Shown here: piece after piece, positions 40,471 to 54,473 of the stretch
How positions within the stretch are numbered: the stretch's first letter is position 1
How the letters are laid out: every line of letters begins with the position of its first letter
Source of the DNA: Paramecium tetraurelia
Lineage: Eukaryota
Direction: 5' to 3'
Assembly: GCA_000165425.1 (NCBI GenBank)
Contig: CT868057.1
Span: 124,001-188,000 of the forward strand
DNA length: 64,000 nt
Program-made: the position numbers and the translations under genes
The notes under the pieces: model-generated
What the model was told of the DNA's origin: nothing
Seen by the model: only the letters and a program-made list of their open reading frames with translations
Database searches by the model: none

Positions 40471-42724
40471 TCAAAAATCATCTTCTTCATTAAATGACAG
40501 AGATCCTAGCCTCTGCTCCTTACTCTTAATGGGAAATTAGGTCTAACCAAAGCCCTTAAATCCTGGCTTTCTCTATTTGATGCTCCCAAAAACTACTTTG
40601 CTTTCTTAATTCATCAATAATTCCTATTGCTTTTATTACTTCTCAGCCTCTATCTTATCTAATTAATCCTTCTCCTATTGATGTTTCATCTCTGCAATTT
40701 CCTATCTGGCATCCCTATAGAAATGAGGTGCAATTTCAAACAACCAATGTGGATCAAGTTCTGTTACATTGTGCATAGTTAACTTATTATCTATAAATTA
40801 GGCTGAAGTTGTTACTTTGCTCAATCAATTCATGATAAATTACCCATTCAGGGTATGAAACTGTTAAAACAGAAGCAGGATGAAGATGAACCAATTATTT
40901 AGTGTAGATATTCCTGTAAACCCCTTCCCTTGCTGTATTTTCTCGTTATGCTACTTAAGAGAAGAATCCAGAAACAAAGCACCTTTAAACAGCCTCTACA
41001 TCTTGGATGGAACTTTTAATTTATCTATTTTTTCTTCTCTTCTGAATTTATTTGTATATTTTTCCAGCTGATTCTAACTTATGTTTTGATACCCTATATG
41101 TATCACACCAATTCCCTTTATTTCCGATGTTAATATATCTAACAAAAATGTTGTGAAGTGATAACACATCTCCTTCTCTACATCCCAAAGCCTTCTTAGC
41201 CTTCAACATCTATAATGGTGTGGCATCGCTACTAAAGATGCCTCCTTGTATACTGAGAATACTGGCTATTTTGAGCATCTCGTCGGAACATTGATATTCC
41301 TCTAGAAAGCTATTTTCAACACAAACTGCTAGTTATGTTTCTAATGGATAATCAACTATGGCATTTCCCAATTCTGTTAATGAAAAGTTTTCATCAATTA
41401 ATTTCAGGCTCATCAAAATGTTGATACAATTGATTAATTATTCATTCGAAACAGGAGTCAAAAACGTATTGCTGCATTGCAAATGATTGGGTGTCAATGA
41501 GAATGACTACATAAATATGAGTTATTCTTACTCTAATCTATAAAATGAGTTCTGTGAGATTGGATCTCAATATTTCAGGAGGGAAGGTCTTAGGCAAATT
41601 TTAATAATCCTCCTTAGTACATAATCTATAACAGATTCCATCTCTTGTTCTTCCAGCTCTGCCTGCTCTCTAGGCACCAGATTGCTAGGATATTGGTAGT
41701 ACATTTAATTATTCCAAATCTAAGTTAATGATTAAATTAGTAATACTTCTCTTATAATCATAAACTTTGACTTTTTGATAACATGAATCAATCACATAGA
41801 CTATTCCATCTATTGTGACACTGCTTTCTGCCACATTTGTTGATACTATAATTTTTCTGCTTGCATGCTATTTAAATACTAATAGCTATTTATCAATGGC
41901 CAAGCTAGCATGAAGTGGTAAGACTGCACAATTAGCCTTATGATGCGACCATAAATTGATAAATGCATGAATTTCTTCAACAGATGTTAAAAATACAAGA
42001 ATATCACCTTCAGGCATCTTCTTGTGAATATGATATGCCATTTCAACAGCAGCAATCACATAATTTTTACATGGTTCAAGCAAATACATAATCTAAAAGC
42101 CAATTAGATTATAATTACATCGACTTCGTAATTCCTCCCTCTAATTGCAATGACTTTGCTATTCGGAAAAAAGTTTTAGAGTAATTCTACCTCCATCGTA
42201 GCAGATGAAACTATCACCTTCAATTCTGGTCTCTTTTTTTGGATCTTCTTGATCAAACACAATAAGAGATCTGTATTTAATGTACGTTCATGAATATCAT
42301 CAAGCATTACAACTGAATATCCTTCAATCAATGGATTGCCCATTATAATTTAGATCAAAGTTCCATCAGTCCATATATTCGATCTTTGTATTTTCACTCA
42401 CCTTTCGATTCAAATCTCACTCTATAACCAATATCCTATCCCAATTCAGTCCCATTTTCATCAGATACTCTTTAAGCTATACTGATGGCAGCCATCTTTC
42501 TTGGTAAGGAGACTAGAACTCTCTCATCTCCCCCATAACCAGCTTCTATTAAATATTATGGTATCTCTAATATTCATTAAACATTATGTACAAGTTGTTT
42601 TGCCTGACCCAGTTTCAGCTAAGATGATCAATGTGCTGTTTGTATCGACCCCATATAAGATTTATTCTTTATATGCTCTAATTGGCAGACTTTATGGATG
42701 ACATTTTTTTGATTAAATAAGCAT
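40471..42724 (-). CDS. DEAH/RHA-family RNA helicase, DHX35-like; multiple introns
   Basis: [76 protein letters not shown]-like OB-fold region. Confidence 0.9.
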
Positions 42725-42740
42725 AATTAAAATAAACAAA

Positions 42741-44418
42741 TCATTATTCAGGTACTACACTGTATATTTCCATTTCTCCATCAGTTTTCTCCTACAATAA
42801 ATTTCTAAGTAACCATGTTTTCATTAGTGATTTCAATCTTCTTCAGTTGCATCAATTTCAAATTCAAAATCTTATTTATGGGATACAATTTATTTTCAAT
42901 TTCTGTATAGATCTCAACAGAATTACTGAGTCCAAGAATAAACAATTTATCACTTTCATAACTTTTTATTAATTCTAAGCAAACCACCTTAGCTCCACTA
43001 TAAATAGGTCCAATTATCTCCAAATTCTAACTCAATACATATATTGATGTTGAGGTATCGTCATCCATCTTCAGGATTACTCTATTGATATCTATGATCA
43101 TTTATGTGCACTTCTAAGTAAACTTATATGGAATTTCAGTTATGATTCGATCCATTAAATAAATAGAGTTGACCACTTCTCATTCCAATCAAGTAATTGT
43201 TCCCAACCTTAATTACACTCTCCATGGATTGTTCAACATTGTAATGTTAAGTGCACTTTAACTATCCCATCTCATTCCTAATGAGAATATCCTGATCAAT
43301 CCATCTTTACAAAATGTATATAATTATCCATCCTCAAAGTTTGTATAGACAATCTCTTTCATTGATATATCAGATATAATATAAGGACATTACTATTGAA
43401 ACACATTATGAAATATCAATAGATTTTTAAATGATTCCTCCTCCTTCTAAAATTGTATAATAAGTGTATAACCATTATTTGGATGTTCTTATATAAAAGC
43501 AGAAATAAATTATTTATCTAAATGACTAATTGTTACTTTCTTTTCTTCATCTATTATGTCGCTCCCACTTCTTTTGAATGGGATTTAATAAAAATCAATT
43601 GCATCTGATTTCAAAATACCTAGAAATTAAAAATGATATCCTGCGATTTGAATTAGACTATCTATATTTTTCTTTTATTCCAAATTCAACACTTAAGACC
43701 TCGTTTTTACTTAAATCTCATTCTTTTTCACTTTCTTTGTGAGACTAACAGTTTCTATTTACCATTCACTCTAATTCCCTCTCTCTTTATCCCTCTCTTC
43801 ATCTTATATCTAATCTCTTTTTGTAAATGTATTTTCTCTACCTTCTCTACCTCTGCCTCTTCCTCTTCCACGTGTATTTTAACGAAATTATTGCTAATCC
43901 TCTCCATTCTCATTCTCCTGATTTCTTTACCACCTCTCCGAATTAACATTATTCTTCTCTTAATTAAAATTATGTTTCTCTCTATGCGTAGGTTACTGAT
44001 TCTAATTTTTCTATTCATCAAAATTTCGATCAAATTTCTATTTCACTTATCTATTCTCATTTCCCTCCTATGATTATCCATATCGCTGGAAGCTATTTTG
44101 ATCATAAGATATCTTTGATTATTGCTATCTCTATTTATACTCATTTCTCTCGCTTTTATCTATTTTATTATCTTCTTTGGTTTATTACTCTTCCTAACTT
44201 CTATCTATGTAACCTCTTCCTCTGCCTCTGCCTCTAAAAATTTTTCTATCTTGTGATTAAAAATCATTAGTCTTCTTCAAATTCAGTTTTCCCTTATCAT
44301 CTCTGTCTAAATTAACTTTCTCAATATTTGATGTGTCATGGGAATATTTGCATTGGTCTCCTTGCCTACAATTACCTTAAACAAAAAATCTGCATAGAGC
44401 ATCAAATTTAGCATTCAT
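42741..44418 (-). CDS. CCCH zinc finger, RG/RE-rich low-complexity region and beta-rich (propeller-like) C-terminus
   Basis: LCRFFVQGNCRQGDQCKYSHD; RGRGRGRG twice; LYTFCKDGLIRIF, GWDS, GTITW, AKVVCLE. Confidence 0.7.
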
Positions 44419-44760
44419 ATATATTTGTTAATAAATTAATCATAAATATTCTCATCAAATAATTAAATTAGTTAAACAAAAATCAATTGTTTCCGCAATA
44501 AAATTCAATTAAATTAGACTAAAATTTATGCTATACAATACTTTATACATATATAATCTATCTAATGAATCAATCTGGTTTAAGAAATTAATAAAAATTG
44601 AACCAAGATTAAATTATCAAGATTTACTTTCAATATCAAACTTTGAAACCTATTTTATTATTATGATTTACAATTTATAATAGTATTATTCTTACAATAT
44701 CTAAGTAGAATATTTTTTAAAGTAAAATCCTATTGTAGAATATTTTTATTAGTTAATAAA

Positions 44761-46111
44761 ATGAACAATTCAAAATATTAAACTTCACTTGCCAGGTAGC
44801 TTGAGTTATTAACTCAAAATGAAAAAGCTGCTTTATTTTATTTATAAAGTAAAGTTAATATCAATTTTATAAGATGATTATAATAAAGAAGAATTAGTGA
44901 AGCTAGCATTAAATTTATAGCAAACGATCTTACAAGAGTAAAATGAAAAATTAAATTTGCAGAAGTAAATAAGTAACTTGAAGGCGACTTCTTAAGAAAG
45001 TGAAATGAGCTAATAAGGCAAAATTGCAATCAGTAAATTTGATAAGCTTTGTATCGAATATGAGAGACTCTATGAAGCGAATTAAAAAATTTCGAAAGAA
45101 CATTTAATGATAGAAGTCAAAAATAAAGAATTAATTGAATCCTTAAAGAAATAAAAAGATGAGGCTGATAAAAGGCTATTTAAATATCAAGAAGACATTC
45201 TTAAAGCCTAAGATCAATAGAGAATTCCATTTCCTTAGAATACTAAATATGAGTAGGAATTTAAGAAATTTACGGAGCATTTTTTAAATATTTCAACCAA
45301 TTGCAGCATCACTAGCGATCTTTGTTAAAAATTAATTGAAAGTAAACAAAGAGGATAGGAAGAAGTTGAGATACTTTTGAGTAAAATCGAGGGGATAAAA
45401 GGAGTTATAGAAGATTTGAATCAATAATATGTACATTTTAGGGCTAAGAATAAAGTCACTGATATTTAGGTAGATAATGTATTGAAAAATCATTAAAGTC
45501 TCCTACAATTAAATTAGATGATTATGAAAAATTTTTAGCAAATTTTGATTTAAATGAAGATTGATTTCGATAAATAAGACAAGAAAAACTGGATATTAGA
45601 ATAAGAGGTTATTAAATTAAAAGAGTATGTTAAAAATATAAGCGAAACCTGTTAGAATTTGATAGATGAAAATAAGGAAATCCTTTAGTCCTTAAAGAGA
45701 GTATAAAACCAATTGATTGACTAAGAGAACACTAATATAACAATAAATAGTTATCATAGGTTTAAAGAAACTTTAAAATTGTTGAATGAAGAATTCTATT
45801 AGATTTTATTACTGTTTAGTTCTTAAGGCTTAACTATTTCATAGATGTAATTGAGATTTTAGAATTAATACGATGTAATTGCCATAATTGATAATTAAAA
45901 ATAATTACTTCTAGGAAATTCCCCTTCAAATTGTGAATAATTAATTTTAATTTTGGATAGGTTTAAGAACTTCTTTAACAGTCTCAAATAATACATAGAT
46001 GATTAAAATTAACTCATTGATGTTTTCTAAATTTAGGATGACTTCTTTTCATGTTATGAAAAGGTGATAAGAAAATTATCGGAGAATGAAAATCCTTAAT
46101 TGCAATTATGA
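44761..46111 (+). CDS. Hypothetical coiled-coil protein; 1 intron
   Basis: MNNSKYQTSLARQLELL...; long Q/E/K/L-rich frame ending at TGA 46111. Confidence 0.65.
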
Positions 46112-46190
46112 GCATATTAAATAAATAGTATATATATAAATGATATGTGATTTCAATAATAGTATTCGATATAAATAATAAAAATATATA

Positions 46191-47586
46191 ATGATATCTG
46201 AGAATGAGAGTACACGAGTTTTGTTGGTGATTGTGTAGAATCCTTAATCAATAATACTGCCTCATTCTTTGTTCTATCGATACTTTTCAAATTATGGGGA
46301 AGTTAATAAGATATTGATATTCGAGAAAGGGAAGTTATGGAAATGTTTTATAGAGATGGCTACTTTATAATAGGCCAAGATTTCACAGTAATAATTGAAT
46401 GGCTGTTAGTTGTACGAGTAAACAATAATGAATGTGTAAATAATCTAAATGAATAATAGTTACTATTCGACATTGCAGAGTGTCACATTTCTGAACAACA
46501 ATTCAGGGGGTGTGGATTATAAGGCAATGAAACAAAGAAACTCAACCAAGACTGTGAATGTTTATGAATAAGACTATTATCCGAAGACATACAGTCAACC
46601 TTTGATAACTCAACAGGACACGAAATTAAGCATGGCGAGTTTTGGAAATGAGAGAACAATGGCCAGCTTAAATGACAAATAGGATTTTCAGGATTATAAA
46701 AATGAATGGGAACCTTCAAAAATATAAACATCGCTGGAATTTATAGATGATATAGATTCTCCTAGAAACAGAAAGTATGCGTCCTTTAAATCAATATAAT
46801 TTGATGACAATGAACATGACCCCATAGATGAAGACATAATGCATGCATTTTCATCTGAAAAGAACACTTACCTAAATTCGTATATGTTTTCGATACCAGA
46901 AGTAGAAGACAAGATAAAGAATCAAGATATTGACCCATACACCTATGTATCACCTCAATTCTTAAGAGAAAATCAGCCTTCCAAAGTTGTCTATTTGAGA
47001 GGGCTGATGAGTCAGAATATTACACCATTAAACATATTTAATTTACTATCAAATTTCGGAAATGTGTTAGTAATTATTCATATCAAGAGTAAAACATCAG
47101 CATTGGTGTAATTTGAGAAATTGCAACATGCTTAAAATGCACTTGATCATCTAAACAATCAAGTGTTCTTTGGATACAAATTGAAGATCTTTTATTCCAA
47201 TTATTAAGAAATTCAGTTTCCTTTACCATTCCAATCCCCTTAAACTCAAGTATTTATGCCCATTCCCCTCTCAATTCAGATTTAGTGATGGCAAATCTAT
47301 ATCATTCAATCCACCTAGCCAAATACTGCATTTGAGCAATATCAAAGGGAAGATGTGTGAAGACGAATCCTATATTAAAGAGATCTTTAAGGGAATTGGA
47401 AACGTTTAAGCAATCAAATTTATACATATTGACAAGTAAGAAAACATCTATAATAGACAAAAACATATGGCATTAGTAAGATTATCATCATTAGAAGAAG
47501 CATTGAATGGAGCAGCTTTACTTCATGGCAAAGAAGTGATGGGCAGAAAGATCAATGTTTCATTTACCAAAAGTAAATTATGCTGA
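46191..47586 (+). CDS. PTB/hnRNP L-like multi-RRM RNA-binding protein; introns present
   Basis: RVLLVIVQNP...FSNYGEVNKILIFEK...CFIEM; PSKVVYLRGL...IFNLLSNFGNV; NPPSQILHLSNI; INVSFTKSKL. Confidence 0.85.
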
Positions 47587-47666
47587 AATGTAACAGAGTC
47601 AGCTTTTGCTCAAGTATTATGACTTTCTAAAAAAATATAATTATTAATAATCCTTATTCTTATATT

Positions 47667-48715
47667 TCATGCTTTTACACCAGATGATGCGAATAGATCC
47701 TCAGTCTTCTTTTCAACTTCAGGCTCGAATTGACATAGTTGTAAACTTCTCTGGAATTGGCTTATTCTTTTGATGATTCTGGAATGCAAGTAAGTCTTGG
47801 AGGCATGAATATGATAATGCAAATATTGTCTATTATCACTATGTATATTACCTAAATCCTTATAAAAATGTAGATAATTATTCTATATTCTTGCTAAAAT
47901 GTTATGCCTTGAATAATGTCATTGTTATTAATTAGGAATTTGGATCCACTTTGATATTTGACACCTCTGGAAATGCTGATTTCAATATAGAAGATTGATA
48001 ATTCGATCTTGAAATAGGAGGAGCCATCTTCACATTTTTCTTTGCATCAATTATCTCGGTGATTATTAGATTTGCTAATGTTCTATCTACATTGTCAGAA
48101 AATGAAATCTCATAGAAAATGTTCAAAGCATCTTTGTCAGGAATAGCATAAACAACTTCATTCTCTCTACTTTGATATTTGAATGTAGATGCTGCTTCTC
48201 CTTTATTGATTTGATCAAATGCCTACTCAAATGCAGCTGCATAGAAGTTTCTTCTTATCTATGAGAAATCCTTTGTGACCTTCTCAAACAATTTCTAATT
48301 TTCTGCTCTTATCTGTAATTTTAGTTCTTAGATTTCTGCTTTCTCTGCTTCTGTAGCATTCTTTGGAATCTTAGGTTCTTCTTTGGCCGATGCAGCATCA
48401 AATGAAAATGTCAAATGAAATCCAACATCTACAGCTTCCTTAGTGTAATCTATGCTTATTATAAGTAAATACCCTTGTAGTATTTCTCTATCATGTAGTT
48501 ACCTGCTATGCTGAATATCTCATTGAAATTAAAACAAGTAAATGATAGAAACAATTTACCATCTTCCTTATATTACAATTTTGTGCATGAGTAATTGTAA
48601 TCTTTTGCGACCACGATTCTTGGATCCTTTTTCCTACAATCTTTATCTTAAATTACATGATCAAATCCATAATCTAGGTTTGAAGTAGCTTATTCTGTGG
48701 ATCTATGAGCATCAT
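47667..48715 (-). CDS. ARPC2: Arp2/3 complex subunit 2 (p34-Arc); 3 introns
   Basis: RRNFYAAAFE, YQSRENEVVY, ISFSDNVD, RQYLHYHIHASKTYLHSRI. Confidence 0.88.
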
Positions 48716-48818
48716 TTTTGTTAATTATTTATTTTATTATATATTTTAAAGACAATCTTTCAATTATCTCTATATAAATTAAAAAAATATTGATTCTAAT
48801 ATCTTATTTATAAATTAA

Positions 48819-50237
48819 TCAAATGGGTGCTTAATTATTAGCCCTTTCTTTAATTCTTTAAATTTATTCCTTATTTTCTTAAACTTTTCTTTTAATGTCT
48901 AAAATCCATTCAAAAGAATTCTTGATATACTAATTTACAAGAGAATCTGTGCTAATTTTAGAGATAATTTTCTGAAACAAGTTCAAACTTCTTTCCCATT
49001 ATTATTCCTAACTATCAGTGTTAATATTTTCGTTCTCTTGGCTGATGTTATTGATAAAACTTATCATATCGGTTATAGTATCACGATCTAATTGAATCTT
49101 TTATTGTAAATTCTATATTGGAAACACTGCGTAAATTATTTGAGACAGCTTCTTTATTCCAATAATTATCTAATCATTGAATTCCTCATAATGATTTAAT
49201 AATTCTAAATAATTTAAAGGTAATACCTTAGCTGGTTTTTCTATTGGCATTTAAACAAATTCCTGTCATAAGATTATCTATTTTTTTTTTGTTTTTTTAT
49301 GATTCCATCATTTAAACTTTGAATTAGTTTAGATATTAATTGTTTGTCCGTTACAATTCATGAAATTTTCTTTAAAGATCTCTAATTTTTTAAGACTAAT
49401 TTCTATTAAATATTTAAAATTGTTAAACTGCTTCTATTGTTTAACTAAAAACCTTTTTAAAGTATGTAAAAAATGATAAGTTCCCATTCAATCTATTTTA
49501 TAAATCTTAAATAACTACAATATTAGAGCCCTGGTTTGAATTATTATTATAAAATCTTTTTACTAACTCAACACAATTCTATAGATTTTCTTCTACCTCT
49601 ACTATAGCTATAATTGCTCTCTCCATAATATTTTTTAGGTTTTAATATTAACTATCCTAAGACTCATCATCCTCTATATCTTAAGAAATATTTTGAGAAT
49701 TAATTTCTTCAAACTTTCTTATTATGTCTTACATTATTTCTATTATTTAATCTCGTTCTCCATTAATAATTTGTATTTTCTCTCTAAATACTTCAAGATC
49801 TATATCAATCCTAATAGAATTTTAATTGACTGATTCTAATTAGTAATTCAGCTGAGCTTTGTGATATTATATCCCCGGTTTATCCTACGCTTAGATTTAT
49901 TCTGTTAAACTATCAATATTTTTTCCTATCTAGTTGTATAACTGCTAATAAGAGTCCAATTTGATTTAATTTATAGGAGATGGTACATTCTGATCTACAT
50001 AATTTTATTCTATTAATTACTTGATGGATTATTAGCATCACTCCCTTATTATCGAACTCTTTTCAAGAGGTTATCAATTGTAGCAGCGTCATTCTAACAC
50101 ACCTTATTAACTTCCTCTGGTGTACACTTCTTTCCTGAAGCTTGTATCACTTCCTTGATAAAAGTCTTTAAATTAACCATCGAATCATGTTACTCTTAAA
50201 GTGATCTTGGAATTTCATAGATCTAGTTTTTAATCAT
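48819..50237 (-). CDS. Hypothetical coiled-coil protein (about 472 aa)
   Basis: 1419 nt span in frame, MIKNQIYEIPRSLQEQ...QAPI then TGA. Confidence 0.65.
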
Positions 50238-50809
50238 CGATATTATATATGAATTATATATTAATGAAAATTTTTATTTCAATGAATGAATTAAATAGTA
50301 ATATATACGTTGAAATTTATAATTCAAATTTTTGTTTTAATTTGTGATGATATTCTATTGAGTTATATCCAATAAATATAAATTGGATTTGACTAACTTA
50401 GTTATTTCTTCTATTATCTGCTATTCTTAATTTCTAATATTACTTCCAATTATAATTCATCCATTTTTAGATATATAAAAAAAGTATATAAAATTTTATT
50501 TACTTATTTATCTTTTACCCTAAGATATCAACACTTAGATTCACTTTTACTAGTCTAACAAAAAAGTTTTATTATTTAGTTTTGCCCTGATAATTATTTT
50601 TTTTCTTTAGAAATTAGTATTTACATATATTCTTAATTTTATTGGATATTCTAAGATTATCCTAAAGTTTTGAATCATTAAAATTCAAAAATTCATTGGT
50701 TGATATTTATTCATAATTTAAGATTATAAAGTTTTTATTTAAAATTACAGTTTATAACTCAGAAATTTTTATTTCATTATTCCACACATTAAAATAAATT
50801 AAAAAAAAG

Positions 50810-52640
50810 ATGTCTAAATTTACAAAACCCAATCAAGTTCCCAGCAAGCTTGTCAAAACAAACCAAGGTGCACCAATAAAAAAACAAGACTCTGATTCTG
50901 ACGAATTGAGCGATGTTCCACCTCCCCCCAAAAAATAATAATAACAAAAGGCAGTTGTTGGTACAACTAAAGTAGTTGCTAAAGCACCACAAGTAGATTC
51001 TGATGATTAAGATGAACCAGTTAAGTTGGTATAAACTGTGAAAAAGGGCAGTTTTGATGCTACAAAGTCAAACACCACAAATTAAAATGTCCCTAAGTAG
51101 GCATAAAAGAAGCCTGTTCAAGAGGATGATGATTCTGATGATGTTCCACCTCCCCCAAAGAAAGGAGCAGTGGTTTAAAAAAAGCCTGTTAAATAATAGG
51201 ATTCTGATGAGGAATCAGATGATGCCCCTACTCCCCCCAAAAAGGTGACTGCCCCAGTTAAACAAGCTGCTAAACCAGTTGTTTAAACCAAAGTCCCAGT
51301 TAAACCATAAGTTTAACAAGATGATTCTGATGAAGAATCTAGTGATGTCCCTCCTCCAAAGAAGCCAGTTGTTGCTACCAAATAAGTTGCTTCTAAGCCA
51401 GTTGTCTAAACAAAGGCCCCTGTTAAACCATAAGTCCAAGATGATTCAGATGAGGAATCTGATGATGTCCCTCCTCCAAAGAAGCCAGTAGTAGCCACAA
51501 AACCAGTGGCTAAACCTGCTGTCTAAACAAAGGCCCCTGTTAAACCATAGGTCTAAGACGATTCAGATGAGGATTCAGATGATGTTCCTCCTCCCCCCAA
51601 GAAAGGAGCAGTCGTTGCTAAACCAACTGTTGCTGCTACAAAACCAGTTGCAAAGGCTCCAGTCAAACCATAAGTCTAAGAAGATTCTGATGATGACTCA
51701 GATGATGTTCCTCCTCCCCCCAAGAAACCAGTCTAATAAACTAAGGCTCCATAAAAAACTCAATAAATTGAATAAGAAGATGAGGATGAAGAGGATGAAG
51801 CTCCTAGAGGAAAATAATAATAACCTTAAAAGCAAGCTCAATAAGCTTAATAAGGATAATAAGATCATGAAGTTTTCGTAAGAGGACTCTCATTTGATGC
51901 CACCGAAGATGATATCAAAGAATTTTTCGGTGAATGTGGAAACATCAACAGCGTTAACTTGTTGAAAGGACCAAATGGATACTCAAAGGGAATCGCTTTT
52001 GTTAGATTCTCCACTGAGGATGCTTAAAATTCAGCTGTTGAATACAGTGGCTAAGATCATATGGGAAGAACAATAACTGTTGAGAAGACTAAACCAAGAG
52101 ATCAAAGACCATAATAAGGAGGATAATAAGGAGGATAAGGAGAAAGCACAACATGTTTCGTTGGAAACTTGAGTTTCTATGCTACTGAAGACTCTTTGTA
52201 TCCAATTTTTGAAGACTGTGGAAAGATCAAGGAAGTAAGAATTGCTAAAGATGCAGAAGGAAAGGTATAATAATTGTATTAATGTTTAGTCAAGAGGATT
52301 TGGATATGTTGAATACTTTGATAATGCTTCAGCTCAAAAGGGACTCTCAAAGACCGGAACTGATGTTGAAGGTAGAGCTATCAGAGTTGATCTTGCAAAT
52401 TCATCATAAAGAAGTGGTGGCGGTAACAGAGGCGATAGAGGAGGCTTCGGAGGAAGAGGAAGCTTTGGTGGAAGAGGAGATAGAGGAAGCTTCGGAGGAG
52501 GTTTCGGAGGAAGAGGCCGTGGAGGTGACAGAGGATTCTCAAGAGGAGGCCGAGGAAGAGGCGGTAATTTGGATGCTAATGATATTGCTGCTAAAAAAGG
52601 AACTATTGCTGGATTTGCTGGAAAGAAAATGGCTCTATGA
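50810..52640 (+). CDS. Nucleolin/NSR1/Gar2-like protein: acidic-basic repeats, 2 RRMs, RGG tail; intron 52265-52289
   Basis: DDSDEESDDVPPPKK repeats; VFVRGLSFDATEDDI, SKGIAFVRF; CFVGNLSF, SRGFGYVEY; RGGFGGRG tail. Confidence 0.93.
51260..51730 (+). repeat. Coding repeats of about 120-135 bp in the nucleolin N-terminus
   Basis: Four units resembling gttaaaccataagtc..gatgattcagatgagga..gatgatgtccctcctccaaagaag. Confidence 0.8.
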
Positions 52641-53054
52641 TATTATTATAATAAATCATAAATTTGTAGAAATTTCTAATCATTTTTCTCTATAGAATTA
52701 ATTAATAAAGTGATCTAATGAATTTCACCTAGAAATATTCATAAAGATTTCATAACAATAACATAAGTGAACATTTGCAATAGAATTATCATTATTATTT
52801 CTTAGCAAACTTTTGCTTTAAAATTTGAAAGGGTAAACATAGAATGTATTATAGATAATTTACTTAAATTGGATACATAATTCACCATAATTTTAAATAT
52901 TATTTAATTTGATCAAATTAAATAGGACCTAGTTTAGATGTAATTTAAATCTTAAAAATAGATTTAAGATTGATGCAATTCAATTTAGTAAGGAAAGAAG
53001 GTGGTATTTACAGAATAGATTACAGTATATTTATGGTATTTAAATAAGAATAAT

Positions 53055-53722
53055 TCACAACTTTTATAACTTATCAATTGACTTATGTAAATACTAATTT
53101 ATATGCTTTAAGCGAGATATTTCTAAATTTTAAGAATCGATAATTTCTTTCTACTCTTTAAACTTAGCTTCGTACTCTTTGATTTTTTACTACATTTGTT
53201 TTCTTTCTTCTAAGAAGTTTAAATGATCATCTAAAATTTCCAGTTGTTTTCTGATCACACTTTAATTCTTATTTTCTTCATCATTTTATATGTTTTATTA
53301 TTTATCTTAGTTATTCAACCTATTTATAGAGTCTAGTTTTACAGATTCTTAAGTCTCTTGATTTCTTCATCTTTTTCCTGTTTATCTTCTTCTAAAGTTA
53401 TCAATGCGGACTCATAAATCTTTATTTTATTCTCTAAAATCTACTCTCTTTCACTTATCTATTTCTTCTCATCCTCTTCATCCAAATGATCCCACTCTTC
53501 TACTTCATTTTCTTATTATTGAGTTTGCTATTGAAATTCAGCTGAAAAACTAAAACGATTATCTTCTTTTGGTTTCTATAATTATCTTAAACTTTAGTTT
53601 ATGAGGTTGTTTAGACTCCTACTGGATTTCGATAACTCATCATGCATATCAAGAAGTCTACTATAGATGTCTCCCTGACTGAAAGAAGATGATCTATGAG
53701 AAAACTTCATAATTGCATTCAT
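53055..53722 (-). CDS. Hypothetical coiled-coil protein; 1 intron
   Basis: Frame traced from MNAIMKFSHRSSS to DKLQKL then TGA. Confidence 0.7.
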
Positions 53723-53748
53723 TAAATAGAAAATTATAATAATATGAA

Positions 53749-54308
53749 TCAAAGTTGTTTTCCACTTTTCTTTTCAAAATTCTCCAACCATTATTTATAT
53801 TTTTATTGCATTTATACAAATTAGAAATGTGCTTCTTCAATGCTTTCTTCTTCGAGTTCTTAATTTTTTTTCGAGATGAACGCAGTTTAGGAAGATGGAG
53901 TTATTTATATCAATTTTCTTTTGACTTACTAAGTATTTTTTACAACTGAAATGTCATCATCAGTCCCTAGTTAATGATAGAAAGATTCCAAGACTGTGAT
54001 TCTTGTTTTACGAGCATAAGTTTCTTAAATGTTAGTTTATTTCTTTATCTCATCATGCTTTCCTGGAGTATGAAATCTTGTATTTTTAAGTTTAAAAGAG
54101 GGACTCTACCTTAATTGATTTACATCTGATTATTTCATCTGACTTTTTAAGGAATTAAAATTACCAACAATTTATCTTCAGCTGAGTTTTGCATTTTCAT
54201 TTTTGGAGTTTAAAAACTACTATTATTTTCTAACCTTCCACATTTTATAGCACTTCCACCTCGACGATTGCTTTAAAAATAAGGATTTACTCTTGTACCT
54301 ACTATCAT
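53749..54308 (-). CDS. Hypothetical protein, exon structure uncertain
   Basis: MIVGTRVNPYFQ start; K-rich end EKKSGKQL then TGA. Confidence 0.45.
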
Positions 54309-54473
54309 TTTTATTAATAAATTAAATATTCTTTTTAAGTATATTAATATCTATAATATTATATAGATGATATTTTGATGTAGTTTTAGCATTTTTGAAT
54401 TTATATCCAAATTTATATTATTGTTAATCAAATGTGGAATTGATTATTTTAATAATATTAATCATTTTCTTTT

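Noticed and set aside
50240..50800. Long AT-rich spacer upstream of nucleolin as an RNA gene or IES
   Set aside because: No recognisable tRNA/snoRNA structure or convincing IES end pair; probably promoter DNA
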